Source: Spirochaetota bacterium
Lineage (GTDB): Bacteria; Spirochaetota; UBA4802; UBA5550
DNA: 64,000 nucleotides
NCBI GenBank assembly: GCA_963664815.2
Contig: CAXXHB010000003.1
Location: 320,001-384,000 of the forward strand
Reading direction: 5' to 3'
Under the pieces are notes generated by a model, which saw only the letters and a list, made by a program, of their open reading frames with translations, was not told the DNA's origin and ran no database searches. Every line of letters starts with the position of its first letter. The stretch's first letter is position 1. The position numbers and the translations under genes were made by a program. Positions 17,795 through 29,123 of the stretch are shown one piece after another.

Positions 17795-18130
17795 TCACTG
17801 ACGCCATGGCCTGGCGGGAATGAGGACTTTTTTGTGACAATCCATGTTTATAAATCAGCTGCCGCAAGTAACATGAACTGTTATATAGTATTTCAGACAT
17901 TGAATAGTATATTATTATACCTGAAGCTTAATATGACATGTTTTATCACAATATTTGTCAAGTATTAAGAGAGTGAGTATAGTGATAACATTAAATATTT
18001 TAAAATTTCTTGACTAATTGCTGTCTGTTTATTTTTGTATTTTCATAATATTGCTATATTCATAATAACCGAAATCTGACAGACATATTGCGGAATAAGC
18101 TATTATAAATTTAAATTAAGGAGTCTGGTC

Positions 18131-19450
18131 GTGACAATTAAGAAAACCGATATAAAAAGCCCTGAAGGTAAACTTGGTATAGTGATGCCTGGTCTCGGCG
18201 CGATAAGTTCAACAGTTATAGCAGGTGTTTATTTAATAAGAAGAGGAATGCATAAACCTATAGGGTCTTTAACACAAATGGGAAAACTCAGGGTTGGTAA
18301 GGGAATTGATGCACAGGATATGAATATAAAAGATTTTATTCCGCTGGCGGCACTGGAAGATATTGAATTCGGAGGTTGGGATATCTTTGAAGATAATATA
18401 TATGAATCTGCAAAAAATGCAGCCGTTCTTTCAAGAGAGGATATAGATCCTATAAAAGATGAACTTTCAAAAATCAAGCCGTGGAAAGCTGTTTTTAAAA
18501 ATGAATATTGTAAAAATCTGAATGGAAAATGGGTAAAGGATGCTCCAACTTTGTGGGATCTTGCACAGATGGTAAAGGATGATATTTTAAATTTTCAGAA
18601 GGAAAAGAATTGCTCCAGAATAGTCATGATATGGTGTGCCAGTACGGAGATTTACCAGGAGATGATCCCCGGAGTGCATGATACTGTTGCCAATTTTGAA
18701 AAAGCTCTGAAGGAAAACCATCCCAAAATTGCCCCCAGTATGATCTACTGTTACGCTGCAATGAGTCTTGGAATACCTTATGCCAATGGTGCACCTAATC
18801 TCTGTAATGATATTCCAGCTTTCTGGGAGCTTGCCCAAAAGAACCATGTTCCCATGTGTGGTAAAGATTTTAAAACCGGTCAGACTTTCATGAAAACGCT
18901 TCTTGCTCCAGGTCTTAAAGCGAGGATGCTCGGCATGAAAGGCTGGTATTCTACTAATATTTTAGGGAACAGGGATGGGGAAGTGCTTGATGATCCGGAT
19001 TCATTCAAATCAAAAGAAGTAAGTAAACTTTCGGTACTTGACCAAATCCTTGAACCAGAAGTATATCCGATACTTTACAAAGATTTTTATCATAAAGTAA
19101 CTATAAACTACTATCCCCCAAGAGGAGATAATAAAGAAGGCTGGGATAATATAGATATATTCGGATGGCTCGGATATCCTATGCAGATAAAGGTAAACTT
19201 CCTTTGCCGGGATTCAATCCTTGCTGCACCCTTTGTCCTTGATCTTGCAATATTCCTTGATCTTGCCAAAAGGGCTTCTTTGTCAGGAAACCAGGAGTGG
19301 CTTTCCTTCTACTGGAAGAGTCCCATGCATGCACCAAATGAAGATCCCGAGCATGATATATTTATTCAATTGATGAGACTTAAGAATACTTTAAGGTGGC
19401 TAATGGACGAGCCTCCGGTTACGTATCTTGGATCTGAAACATATAATTAA
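18131..19450 (+). CDS. ino1: myo-inositol-1-phosphate synthase
   Basis: GLGAIS, FGGWD, ASTE, NGAPN, GKDFKTGQT, NILGNRDG, SKEVSK, GDNKEGWD, RDSILAAP; GTG start after AAGGAG. Confidence 0.93.
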   Translation: MTIKKTDIKSPEGKLGIVMPGLGAISSTVIAGVYLIRRGMHKPIGSLTQMGKLRVGKGIDAQDMNIKDFIPLAALEDIEFGGWDIFEDNIYESAKNAAVLSREDIDPIKDELSKIKPWKAVFKNEYCKNLNGKWVKDAPTLWDLAQMVKDDILNFQKEKNCSRIVMIWCASTEIYQEMIPGVHDTVANFEKALKENHPKIAPSMIYCYAAMSLGIPYANGAPNLCNDIPAFWELAQKNHVPMCGKDFKTGQTFMKTLLAPGLKARMLGMKGWYSTNILGNRDGEVLDDPDSFKSKEVSKLSVLDQILEPEVYPILYKDFYHKVTINYYPPRGDNKEGWDNIDIFGWLGYPMQIKVNFLCRDSILAAPFVLDLAIFLDLAKRASLSGNQEWLSFYWKSPMHAPNEDPEHDIFIQLMRLKNTLRWLMDEPPVTYLGSETYN

Positions 19451-19453
19451 AAG

Positions 19454-19485
19454 ATTAAAAGGCTGCCTTGAGGCAGCCTTTTAAT
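19454..19485 (+). terminator. Intrinsic terminator
   Basis: ATTAAAAGGCTGCCT-TG-AGGCAGCCTTTTAAT. Confidence 0.8.
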
Positions 19486-19624
19486 AATTATGGGAAGGTG
19501 TTTGTCTTCTCTCTTCTGTCTAGATATGTGCAAAACTTGCGTGTATTCAAATATTTGAGTGGGAAAAATCCTCCCTGCGTCTGTTGGAAGCTTCATTCTG
19601 CTCTGGAATATTGAAAGGTGGGTG

Positions 19625-20668
19625 ATGACAAAGAATTTATTTCTTCTCTTCATTTTTTTTATAACTGTGTGCCTGAATATAAAACCGGCCTATTCAGAGA
19701 ATATTTCTATTGCTACAAATAACGCAGGCTCTTTCCTGAACTTTATATTGGATGGAGATGTGTTATATAAAACTGTTTATGACGGCAGAATCAAGCTTTA
19801 TGATAAAGTAATGGCAATTTCAGGAGAGAGAGATACTTTATACTATATAAGGTGTTCAGGTGAAAAATGGATTGCCGGTTTTATAAAAGAAAATTCGAAT
19901 GCAGTGATAGAGTTTAATCTTCCCGGAAAGTTTGAAAAGCTTTATAAATATGCGGGCAGTAATAACGTTTTTTATTTTCTTGCAAAGCCGGTGAAAGATG
20001 ATGCCGGAAGTAAACCAGGCTTCAATCCGGTTTTCATAAGATTTAATCCCGATAAGTCAACTTTTCAGAGTATTGATGGAGTGGAGGACTTTATTCTGGT
20101 CGATGGTAAATCGGTTCTACTTAAAAATGGAGTTCTCGATTATAATGGAATGCAGATACCATTAATGTTGTCCGGGAAACTGGCAATATCCGGAATTATT
20201 GATTCAAGAATAGCGGTAATATCAGGTAATAATGGAACTGAAATAGTGGATATTATTGCAGAAAAAAGTATTTATCAGTATAAAGATAAATCCGTTCCGG
20301 ATTATAATGATGAATATAATCTTGTTCTGGAGTTTTCAGATACCATTAATAAGAAAGATACATCAAATATTGAAGATAACAGCATATATTATGAAATTTT
20401 TGTTAATGGAGTAGATGAGAACAGAACTGAAACAGGCCGGGGTGAGTTGGTTAAAACTGTTTATTCCAAATTTACACCAGGAAAATATTATATAATAAAA
20501 CCTGAACGTTGGGAACTTGACAGAATAAAAGGTCGTTATAGCAGGATGAATAATGTTTACCAGCCGGCTGAGTTGAAAATATACATTCCCGAAAACAGAA
20601 TCCTGAAAATTAAGATTGATTTTAACGGAAATGTTTATCAAGTTAAGCAGACAGTTTTGTTTAAATAG
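19625..20668 (+). CDS. Hypothetical exported beta-rich protein
   Basis: Long ORF; signal peptide MTKNLFLLFIFF...PAYS; AAGGTGGG upstream. Confidence 0.7.
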   Translation: MTKNLFLLFIFFITVCLNIKPAYSENISIATNNAGSFLNFILDGDVLYKTVYDGRIKLYDKVMAISGERDTLYYIRCSGEKWIAGFIKENSNAVIEFNLPGKFEKLYKYAGSNNVFYFLAKPVKDDAGSKPGFNPVFIRFNPDKSTFQSIDGVEDFILVDGKSVLLKNGVLDYNGMQIPLMLSGKLAISGIIDSRIAVISGNNGTEIVDIIAEKSIYQYKDKSVPDYNDEYNLVLEFSDTINKKDTSNIEDNSIYYEIFVNGVDENRTETGRGELVKTVYSKFTPGKYYIIKPERWELDRIKGRYSRMNNVYQPAELKIYIPENRILKIKIDFNGNVYQVKQTVLFK

Positions 20669-20703
20669 ATAAAAAAAGAGGTGTTACCCTCTTCTTTTAT
20701 CTA
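20666..20703. terminator. Bidirectional terminator between convergent genes
   Basis: TAGATAAAAAAAGAGG-TGTTAC-CCTCTTCTTTTATCTA. Confidence 0.6.
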
Positions 20704-20718
20704 AAGGTTTTCATTTAT

Positions 20719-21591
20719 TTATTTAAAGTTTATAACTTCACTTTTTCTTTCATCCTGCTGGATTATTTTCTGAACTTCTTTAAATTCCGGTGAATCAACT
20801 CCATATTGTAACTCCACGGCTGTCAGGGTACTCTGATTCTTTTTATTCTTGTAGAAAATAACATCTTCTTCGCTTGTTTTACTGCTTTTGTCAAGCATGG
20901 ATTCCATAACAGCATAGCAGCTGGAGAGATATTTATATGCCCATATATCCTTTCTGTTTTCATCTCTCATTATTACATACCTTTCCAGAATTGGAATACA
21001 CGCTTTCATATTCCCAATATCATACTGTGTGGAGACATAGATTCTGAATAGTTTTGATTTATAATCAATAAACTTTTCATTATTCTTAAGATCATTATTT
21101 TTAATCTCATCAAGAGTATTTATCGCTCTTGTAAAATATGTAACGGATTTTGTCTTGGCTTCAATCTTTAATCTGTTGATGTATCTGTCCTGGGCATTTT
21201 TCCTGTCAACTTCCTGCCAGTACCATTTTTCATTGAGATATTTTGTGTTTTTATATACCTCCCGTAAACGGAATACTTCTGACTGCATATCCTCGAGAGT
21301 ATCAAATCCTTTTGAATATTCATCAACTGATCTTTTAAGAAGAAATTCTGAGTATTCCTGACTGAGCTTCTCAAGATCTTTGATTGTAGAGATGTATGGT
21401 TTGTAATCAGTTGTCATCCATCCATCTTTTGCTTTATCGCCCGTTGTGCTTTCATCTTTTTTTTCGTTGGTCTGCTTGTTCTCATCTGCTTTTTTATCCT
21501 GCGCAAATGCAGCGTTTGAAAATAGTGCACATATAAGAAATAAACCATAAATTAATGTGGATGATTTCTTAAGCATAGATCTAAGTTTCAT
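20719..21591 (-). CDS. fcpA: Flagellar coiling protein A homologue (endoflagellar sheath)
   Basis: Signal peptide; LNEKWYWQEVDRK, YFTRAINTLDEIKN, QYDIGN...IPILERY, AYKYLSS, ELQYGVDSPEFK match Leptospira FcpA as recalled; start could be 21615 or 21591. Confidence 0.8.
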   Translation of the reverse strand: MKLRSMLKKSSTLIYGLFLICALFSNAAFAQDKKADENKQTNEKKDESTTGDKAKDGWMTTDYKPYISTIKDLEKLSQEYSEFLLKRSVDEYSKGFDTLEDMQSEVFRLREVYKNTKYLNEKWYWQEVDRKNAQDRYINRLKIEAKTKSVTYFTRAINTLDEIKNNDLKNNEKFIDYKSKLFRIYVSTQYDIGNMKACIPILERYVIMRDENRKDIWAYKYLSSCYAVMESMLDKSSKTSEEDVIFYKNKKNQSTLTAVELQYGVDSPEFKEVQKIIQQDERKSEVINFK

Positions 21592-21861
21592 ATATATAAC
21601 CCCTTTGAAAACCATATGTTTAGCTTTATTTTAATAATCGACTTCCTTATATTAAAATATTATATTTTTTTATTATTAAACAGCTTAAATTTATAAAATA
21701 CAGAGTACTGTTTCATAAAAAAAGAAAACTGCCTGGAAAACAGCTGAATAATTGATCAGAAGAGGTAATCTCTAATAATTAACAAAATGCGGCAATTAAT
21801 CTTGACAATTACTTTTACTATTAAGCAAGTTTTTCATATTAAAGTAAACTAATAAATATAA

Positions 21862-22662
21862 ATGAAAAAAGAAGATAAAAAAAAATTCTGCCCCTATTGT
21901 GATTATACGGGGATAGTGCATAATCAGGGCTTTGAAGAGATGGGTGAAAATGTACTCAGTCCGTGCCCAAAATGCGTAATTCCCACCTGTAGATGTAATG
22001 GGGAGGAGCCTTATTACATCTATGATGGTGAAAAAATCATCCCCTGTTCGTGCAGGGATGTAAGAATGAAAATTGATCGTGTAATAAGTATATATTATTC
22101 TTCAGGTATTGGAAAATACTTCAGGTGGAAGACATGGGGGGATTTTAAACCTGAGAGTGAACTGGCGCAAAAGGCTTATAGTGCTGCTTACGATATAGTT
22201 ATGGATTTTCCAGAGATAAAAAAAGGTCTTTATTTGTGGGGAAATCCAGGTACAGGGAAAACGCTTCTTTCAGTAATAATTCTTACTGAACTTATTAAGC
22301 ATCATGCTGTTAACGGAAAATTTATTAAAATATCGAGAGATTTTTTCAGCATGCTGAAGTCAACCTTTGTAGAAGGTTCAGAGAAGTATGGTGAATCAAC
22401 CAGAATAGAGAAGGAACTGGCTTCTGTTGACATATTGGTCATAGATGATTTTGGGGTGCAGAGAGATTCTCCATGGGAGCAGGAGACTCTTTACAATCTC
22501 ATAGATGCCCGATATGAAGGGGAGAGGTTTACTATTATAACATCTAATAATAATCCTGAGCAGTCATTGAAAGAGCTTTCCGGTGGGAGAATTCTCTCAA
22601 GGATTAGGGAAATGTGCAAAGTTCTTGAACTTAGCGGGAAGGATTACAGAGAGAAAAAGTGA
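21862..22662 (+). CDS. DnaC/IstB-like AAA+ ATPase with Cys-rich N-terminus
   Basis: GNPGTGKT Walker A, LVIDDFG Walker B, LYNLIDARY, TIITSN, RILSRIREM, GKDYR. Confidence 0.85.
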   Translation: MKKEDKKKFCPYCDYTGIVHNQGFEEMGENVLSPCPKCVIPTCRCNGEEPYYIYDGEKIIPCSCRDVRMKIDRVISIYYSSGIGKYFRWKTWGDFKPESELAQKAYSAAYDIVMDFPEIKKGLYLWGNPGTGKTLLSVIILTELIKHHAVNGKFIKISRDFFSMLKSTFVEGSEKYGESTRIEKELASVDILVIDDFGVQRDSPWEQETLYNLIDARYEGERFTIITSNNNPEQSLKELSGGRILSRIREMCKVLELSGKDYREKK

Positions 22663-23123
22663 TGGCTGTTGTATATATCGGACTTGGAAGCAATGTGGGG
22701 AACAGGAACGAAAACCTTCGAACTGCAGTAATTAAAATAATAAAAAAATCAGGAGCATCTCTCCTCTCACAAAGTTCAATAAAGGAAACGAAGGCTGTTG
22801 ATTATGAAGATCAGCCGGATTTTTTAAATCAGATAATAAAAATCAGAACAGATATGAATCCCCTGGCAGTTCTTGAATTGCTTAAAGAAATTGAAATTGA
22901 AATAGGGAGAGTTTACAGGTTTTCCAAAGGTCCGCGGGAGATTGATCTTGATATCCTTCTTTATGATGATGTAATAATAAGTGAAAATGACTTAAAATTG
23001 CCTCATCCCGGGATATTGAAAAGAGGTTTTATTTTAGAACATCTTGTTGAGCTTGATCAGGAACTGGCTGATCCGTTTTCAGGAGAGAAGTATTCTGAGA
23101 TATTACGATATTACGGTGGTTAA
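22659..23123 (+). CDS. folK: 2-amino-4-hydroxy-6-hydroxymethyldihydropteridine pyrophosphokinase
   Basis: YIGLGSNVG, QPDFLN, GPREIDLDIL, LPHP. Confidence 0.93.
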   Translation: MMAVVYIGLGSNVGNRNENLRTAVIKIIKKSGASLLSQSSIKETKAVDYEDQPDFLNQIIKIRTDMNPLAVLELLKEIEIEIGRVYRFSKGPREIDLDILLYDDVIISENDLKLPHPGILKRGFILEHLVELDQELADPFSGEKYSEILRYYGG

Positions 23124-23444
23124 TGATGAAGGATAGTCACAATAGCGTGATTTTTTACACAGTCTGTGGCTGATTTTTTTGATATAAAGGGTATCGTGCT
23201 GGCAGATTTTTGCCGGGACTGATTTTAAAAATTTTAAAAGATGTATTATTTTTTGTTTTTTTATGACTTTCAATCTATATTTTGGTAATATTTTATGCAG
23301 AGCTAAGGGGTTGACAATAAATAAAATTTCTTGGAGCCCGGTGATGGAAATATGTAATTTTTCAGTAAATATTAAATTACTTTTTTCTGTTTAAACCTGA
23401 GTCGGGGGGAGTTATAATAATTATCATAATCAGGAAAAAATTAA

Positions 23445-24467
<1,023 letters not shown>

Positions 24468-24603
24468 CATGAGAATCTGTTTAAATCACAAAGTCCCTGT
24501 GTACCCCTGATGGGCTTTTATGATTTTATTGGACAGTCATCTGGCTTAACTTAGTCCGTTGAAATGACAAAGGGGAAATTAACAATCCGGAGTATAATAA
24601 TTT

Positions 24604-25356
24604 ATGGGCAGAAGAGAAATATTTGCCGGCAACTGGAAAATGTATAAAACATCAGCTGAGGCGATTGAACTTGTAAAAGGCCTCGTTGCAGGTGTAAAAA
24701 AAAATGATGGCAGGGAGTATGTTGTATTTCCTCCATCGCCATATATAAAAGAGATTTCTTCCTTATGCACTTCAACAGTTTTTATGACAGGTGCACAAAA
24801 TATGTATTCTGAAAATCAGGGGGCCTTCACCGGTGAAATTTCACCGGTGATGGTAAAAGACTGTGGGGCATCTTTTATACTTATTGGTCACTCAGAGAGA
24901 CGGCACATTTTTCATGAAACAGATGAAGATGTGAATAAAAAAATAAAAGCAGCAATTATGCATGGAATTCAACCGCTTTTATGCATCGGAGAACTGCTTG
25001 AAGAGAGAGAAAATGGTAAGACCGTTGCAGTGCTTAAGGGGCAAATACAGGGAGCTTTTTCCGGAATAGAAAAAGCAGATGCTGTGAAAGTGGTAATTGC
25101 ATATGAGCCTGTATGGGCAATTGGAACTGGTAAAGTTGCCACTCCAGAAATAGCTGAAGAGACTCACCTGTCTATTCGGAACATTATGGAAGAGCTTTAT
25201 GGAGAGGATATCGCTTCTGCTCTTCCTATACTTTACGGAGGTTCTGTTAAGCCTGACAATATTGCCGGTTTATATAAAATGAATAATATTGACGGTGTCC
25301 TGGTCGGGGGCGCAAGCCTGGAAATAAAAACATATCTCGAAATAATAAATATTTAA
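24604..25356 (+). CDS. tpiA: Triosephosphate isomerase
   Basis: AGNWKM, GHSERR, AYEPVWAIGTG, YGGSV, LVGGASL. Confidence 0.97.
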   Translation: MGRREIFAGNWKMYKTSAEAIELVKGLVAGVKKNDGREYVVFPPSPYIKEISSLCTSTVFMTGAQNMYSENQGAFTGEISPVMVKDCGASFILIGHSERRHIFHETDEDVNKKIKAAIMHGIQPLLCIGELLEERENGKTVAVLKGQIQGAFSGIEKADAVKVVIAYEPVWAIGTGKVATPEIAEETHLSIRNIMEELYGEDIASALPILYGGSVKPDNIAGLYKMNNIDGVLVGGASLEIKTYLEIINI

Positions 25357-25438
25357 TAAGCAAATTTAACCGGAAGAGAGAATAAACCGGATAAATTTAT
25401 ATGTTTTGCTATAAGCATAATTTTTTAAAAAGTATTTC

Positions 25439-25467
25439 TTGACACAGAATTTATTACTCATTATTCT
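25439..25467 (+). promoter_or_regulatory. sigma70-type promoter upstream of secG
   Basis: TTGACA-17 nt-TATTCT. Confidence 0.5.
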
Positions 25468-25690
25468 GCCATGATCAACAGTGAGTAGTATAAAACGGCC
25501 TTAATCGGGTTTCTAATATATAGTTTATATAATCTGAGAAGTATCTGTTTTGAAATCAGTAACTCTGTCATATCATATGCATTTGTTTGTGCCGGGCATT
25601 ATTGAAGTAAATGAATCATTTAACCGGAAGTGATGCTTTGTATTTTTAATCATGTTAACAAAATAATAAGTTTATTTTAAAGAGGATAAA

Positions 25691-26026
25691 ATGGGTGTAC
25701 TTACTTCGGTTTTAACGGTGATTTTTGCAATTCTTTGCATTTTGCTTGTAATAGTAATTCTCCTTCAGGCAGATAAGGGTGCAGGTATGGGTATACTCGG
25801 TGGTGCTGGTCAATCTACTTTTGGTTCATCCACGGCTGATATTATCACTAAGATTACTACTTTTATGGTAGCTGTTTTTATGTTAGGTTCTCTTGGATTA
25901 TCAATCCTTGCTTCAAAAAAGACTTCATCGTTGAAAGATAAAATTTTTACCACAGAAGAAAAGCCTTCCGGTATGATTGAGAAAGCCCCTGTCCAGCCGG
26001 AAGCTGATAAAAAAAGCGATAAGTAA
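25691..26026 (+). CDS. secG: Preprotein translocase subunit SecG
   Basis: Two TM helices flanking ILLQ..KGAGMG..GG...STFG, then ITKIT; follows tpiA. Confidence 0.92.
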   Translation: MGVLTSVLTVIFAILCILLVIVILLQADKGAGMGILGGAGQSTFGSSTADIITKITTFMVAVFMLGSLGLSILASKKTSSLKDKIFTTEEKPSGMIEKAPVQPEADKKSDK

Positions 26027-26098
26027 TCCGGTATTTTTTAAAATACACCTGCCGGTAAAGATTATTAAGATAATAGCCAATTAAATAGGGATAATACA

Positions 26099-27253
26099 AT
26101 GTCAAATAAAGATTTTATTTTTACATCTGAATCAGTGTCAGAAGGACATCCGGATAAAATAGCTGACCAGATATCGGATGCTATCCTTGATGCTCACCTG
26201 GCCGGAGATAAAAATTCAAGAGTAGCCTGTGAAACTCTTGTAACTACGAATCGGATAATAATTGCAGGTGAAATTACCTCATCTGTTTCTGTAGATTACG
26301 AAAAGATTGCAAGAAAGGTTGTTCAGGAGATAGGTTATGATGATCCTGAAATTGGTTTTGACTATAAAAACTGTGAAGTTCAACTTTATGTTCATGCACA
26401 GTCGCCTGATATATCGCAGGGAGTTACCGAGGGAGAGGGGCTTTATAAAGAACAGGGCGCAGGAGATCAGGGAATGATGTTTGGATTTTCTGTTGCTGAA
26501 ACAGATGAGCTGATGCCAATGCCTATACTTACAGCTCATAAGCTTGTAAAAAAACTTGCAGATGTAAGGAAAAGCGGTGAAGTAAAATTTTTCAGGCCGG
26601 ATTCCAAATCTCAGGTAACAGTACGCTATGAAAACGGGAAACCGAAGAAGGTTGATACAATTGTAATATCCACACAACATACACCGGATGTGAGCAATGA
26701 GGATATAAGGGAAGCAGTTATTGAAACCGTAATAAAGAGAGTTATTCCGGCAGATATGATAGACGTCGCCACTAAATTTTTTATTAATCCTACGGGGCGT
26801 TTTGTAGTAGGAGGTCCTCATGGTGATACAGGTTTAACCGGGAGAAAGATTATTGTTGATACATACGGTGGGATGGGCAGGCATGGTGGAGGTGCTTTTT
26901 CCGGGAAAGATCCATCCAAGGTTGACAGATCCGCAGCTTATATGGGACGCTATATAGCAAAAAATATCGTAGCTTCAGGTCTTGCTTATAAATGTGAAGT
27001 TCAACTGGCATATGCTATCGGTGTTGCCGATCCGGTATCTGTAATGGTTGATACTTTTGATACAGGGCACATACCTGAAGCAGAGATAGTAGCAAGGGTA
27101 AAAGAGTTCTTTGATATGAAACCGACTGGAATTATTAAAACTCTTGATCTTAAAAAACCGCAATTCAGGGCAACAGCAGCATACGGGCATTTTGGTCGTG
27201 AAGATGAAGGATTCAGGTGGGAACTCACCGATAAATATGAAGTATTGAAATAA
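26099..27253 (+). CDS. metK: S-adenosylmethionine synthetase
   Basis: [34 protein letters not shown]. Confidence 0.97.
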   Translation: MSNKDFIFTSESVSEGHPDKIADQISDAILDAHLAGDKNSRVACETLVTTNRIIIAGEITSSVSVDYEKIARKVVQEIGYDDPEIGFDYKNCEVQLYVHAQSPDISQGVTEGEGLYKEQGAGDQGMMFGFSVAETDELMPMPILTAHKLVKKLADVRKSGEVKFFRPDSKSQVTVRYENGKPKKVDTIVISTQHTPDVSNEDIREAVIETVIKRVIPADMIDVATKFFINPTGRFVVGGPHGDTGLTGRKIIVDTYGGMGRHGGGAFSGKDPSKVDRSAAYMGRYIAKNIVASGLAYKCEVQLAYAIGVADPVSVMVDTFDTGHIPEAEIVARVKEFFDMKPTGIIKTLDLKKPQFRATAAYGHFGREDEGFRWELTDKYEVLK

Positions 27254-27278
27254 TCCAGACATAAAACCGGACTTAAAT

Positions 27279-28853
27279 ATGAATTATTCATCAAATACAA
27301 ACAGAACTCTCAGAACGGGTTCTGTTTGTATTTTTTTATATAAGCCGGGATATTTAATAAAAATAGTTTTACTTACTTTTTTTTTATTGTTATCAGTCTT
27401 TAATTCTGCTAATTCTCAAAGTAATCCGGAGAATGATTCGGCCAAACCTGATAAGTCATCATCTTCAACTTCATCTACAACAAATTTTGACGGTAGAATG
27501 CTTGCCGGTTTAAATGGCGACTCCATGTTTTCCATTTCCATGACTCAGGGGCTCAATAATTTTGCCTACCAGTTAAATTCAACTTTATCCAATAATAATG
27601 ATTTTGATAAAAAGGACAACACAAGTTTCATGACAAATGAAACCGGCTTTACTGGCGAGCTCACACTGTTTGATTACTGGAAGATTATTCCGGAGTTTGA
27701 AATAGCGAACAGTTCCTATGGCATGTATGAAAATCAGTATTATAGCAGGGAAAATAAGGATGAAATAAGGCTCAGACTTAAAAATGAATATAAGCCTGTA
27801 CCGGCCAGATGGATTTTTGACCTGAACTATGCACGGTACGATCATGGGTTAACAGAAACTGATACCTCAGTTGAAGAAGCAGATACATTTCATTCCATGA
27901 TGGGTGTGATTGGTATGGAATATATATGGTCTGCTTCGAATAAAATCGGAATAAGGTCTGAATATGGATATAATAAATATCCTGATTTGTATAAAGATGA
28001 CTCATATTCGACTAATGAGTTATATCTGAGTTTTAAAGTAACCGAATATACAATGGTTACATTTACACCAATGGTATGCTGGAACAAGGATTGGAACAAG
28101 AATTGGAAAGATTATCTTTATTTTAAGGGAAATATATCAACTATTAATTTAAAATATCTTTCAGTAGAACTATTACATGAATATAAGCTCTCAGCTTATA
28201 AACCGGAAGAAGTAATGTATTCGCAGAAGTATATGTCCAGTCTTTACGATCTCCCCCCTGCGACAATAAATCATTCAGAACTGAAAACAGAACTTGAAAT
28301 TGAAACGGGGGCTGATTCGAGCTCGTTTTTGGGAGTAAAGAGGGTTGGTCTCAGATTAAGGGGAATATATGAGGATAATAATAATTTCTATAATTATTAT
28401 CCTTTAGCCAGCAATCTGCTGAGTGCAAAAGCGATTCCAGTGAATTTTTTAAATGGAAGAGCTGAATTTGTAACTTCAATAATTTTATTTACTCAGGTTA
28501 TAAATATGGCATTTGCCTGCGATTATTACAGGTATTTCCCTGAAGAGCCTTATGAAGATATAAAAATTACCTACAGACCGGATAGAATTTTTACCTGTAG
28601 TTTATCATACGAGGGTTCATGGCTTGAAATAGACTGGTCGAATTCTTATAGAAGCAATGTGTACATTAGTCCGGATGAAGACAAAACTCTTGGAAGTTCT
28701 GTAATCGGGAATCTTGATATTTATTTCAAACTACATGATACTCTATATCTTCACTCAAGGATAATGAACTTGTATAATGAAGAGTATAATCTTAGAGATG
28801 GTTATCCTGAACCTGGAATCCAGTTTTTTACCGGGTTGAGAATTATAATATGA
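27279..28853 (+). CDS. Putative outer-membrane beta-barrel protein
   Basis: Signal peptide, Tyr/Asn-rich alternating strands, C-terminus NLYNEEY..DGYPEPGIQFFTGLRIII resembling TonB-receptor-like barrel ends; start uncertain. Confidence 0.6.
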   Translation: MNYSSNTNRTLRTGSVCIFLYKPGYLIKIVLLTFFLLLSVFNSANSQSNPENDSAKPDKSSSSTSSTTNFDGRMLAGLNGDSMFSISMTQGLNNFAYQLNSTLSNNNDFDKKDNTSFMTNETGFTGELTLFDYWKIIPEFEIANSSYGMYENQYYSRENKDEIRLRLKNEYKPVPARWIFDLNYARYDHGLTETDTSVEEADTFHSMMGVIGMEYIWSASNKIGIRSEYGYNKYPDLYKDDSYSTNELYLSFKVTEYTMVTFTPMVCWNKDWNKNWKDYLYFKGNISTINLKYLSVELLHEYKLSAYKPEEVMYSQKYMSSLYDLPPATINHSELKTELEIETGADSSSFLGVKRVGLRLRGIYEDNNNFYNYYPLASNLLSAKAIPVNFLNGRAEFVTSIILFTQVINMAFACDYYRYFPEEPYEDIKITYRPDRIFTCSLSYEGSWLEIDWSNSYRSNVYISPDEDKTLGSSVIGNLDIYFKLHDTLYLHSRIMNLYNEEYNLRDGYPEPGIQFFTGLRIII

Positions 28854-29123
28854 AACAGCAGCAAAATTATGCTGAGAGGGAATAGCTTTCCTCTTTGATT
28901 TCTGGAAATCATTTTTCTTGACATCTGAGTAATCAATATATAGAGAGTTTGCTTGATAAGCTTACACAAGAATATTGTAATAATTCCTGAAAGTGAAAAT
29001 TAGTGTAAAAATTAAGATACCTTGTGCGCTTTTACAGTGGGTCGTAATAAATTAATTTTAAATGTAAAAGTTAAGGAATTATTACTTAGAGATATAAATA
29101 AAACCGGGAATAGTATTAATATA

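Noticed and set aside
21862-22662. IS21 element or prophage suggested by the IstB-like ATPase
   Set aside because: No IstA transposase, terminal inverted repeats or phage genes; the gene is translationally coupled to folK.
24470-24490. GAGAATCTGTTTAAA (and GAGCTCTGTTTAAA near 36562) resembling IS5-family termini
   Set aside because: No matching inverted partner or target duplication found; too short to support.
26027-26098. SAM riboswitch upstream of metK
   Set aside because: Only 72 nt and no SAM-I/II/III consensus.
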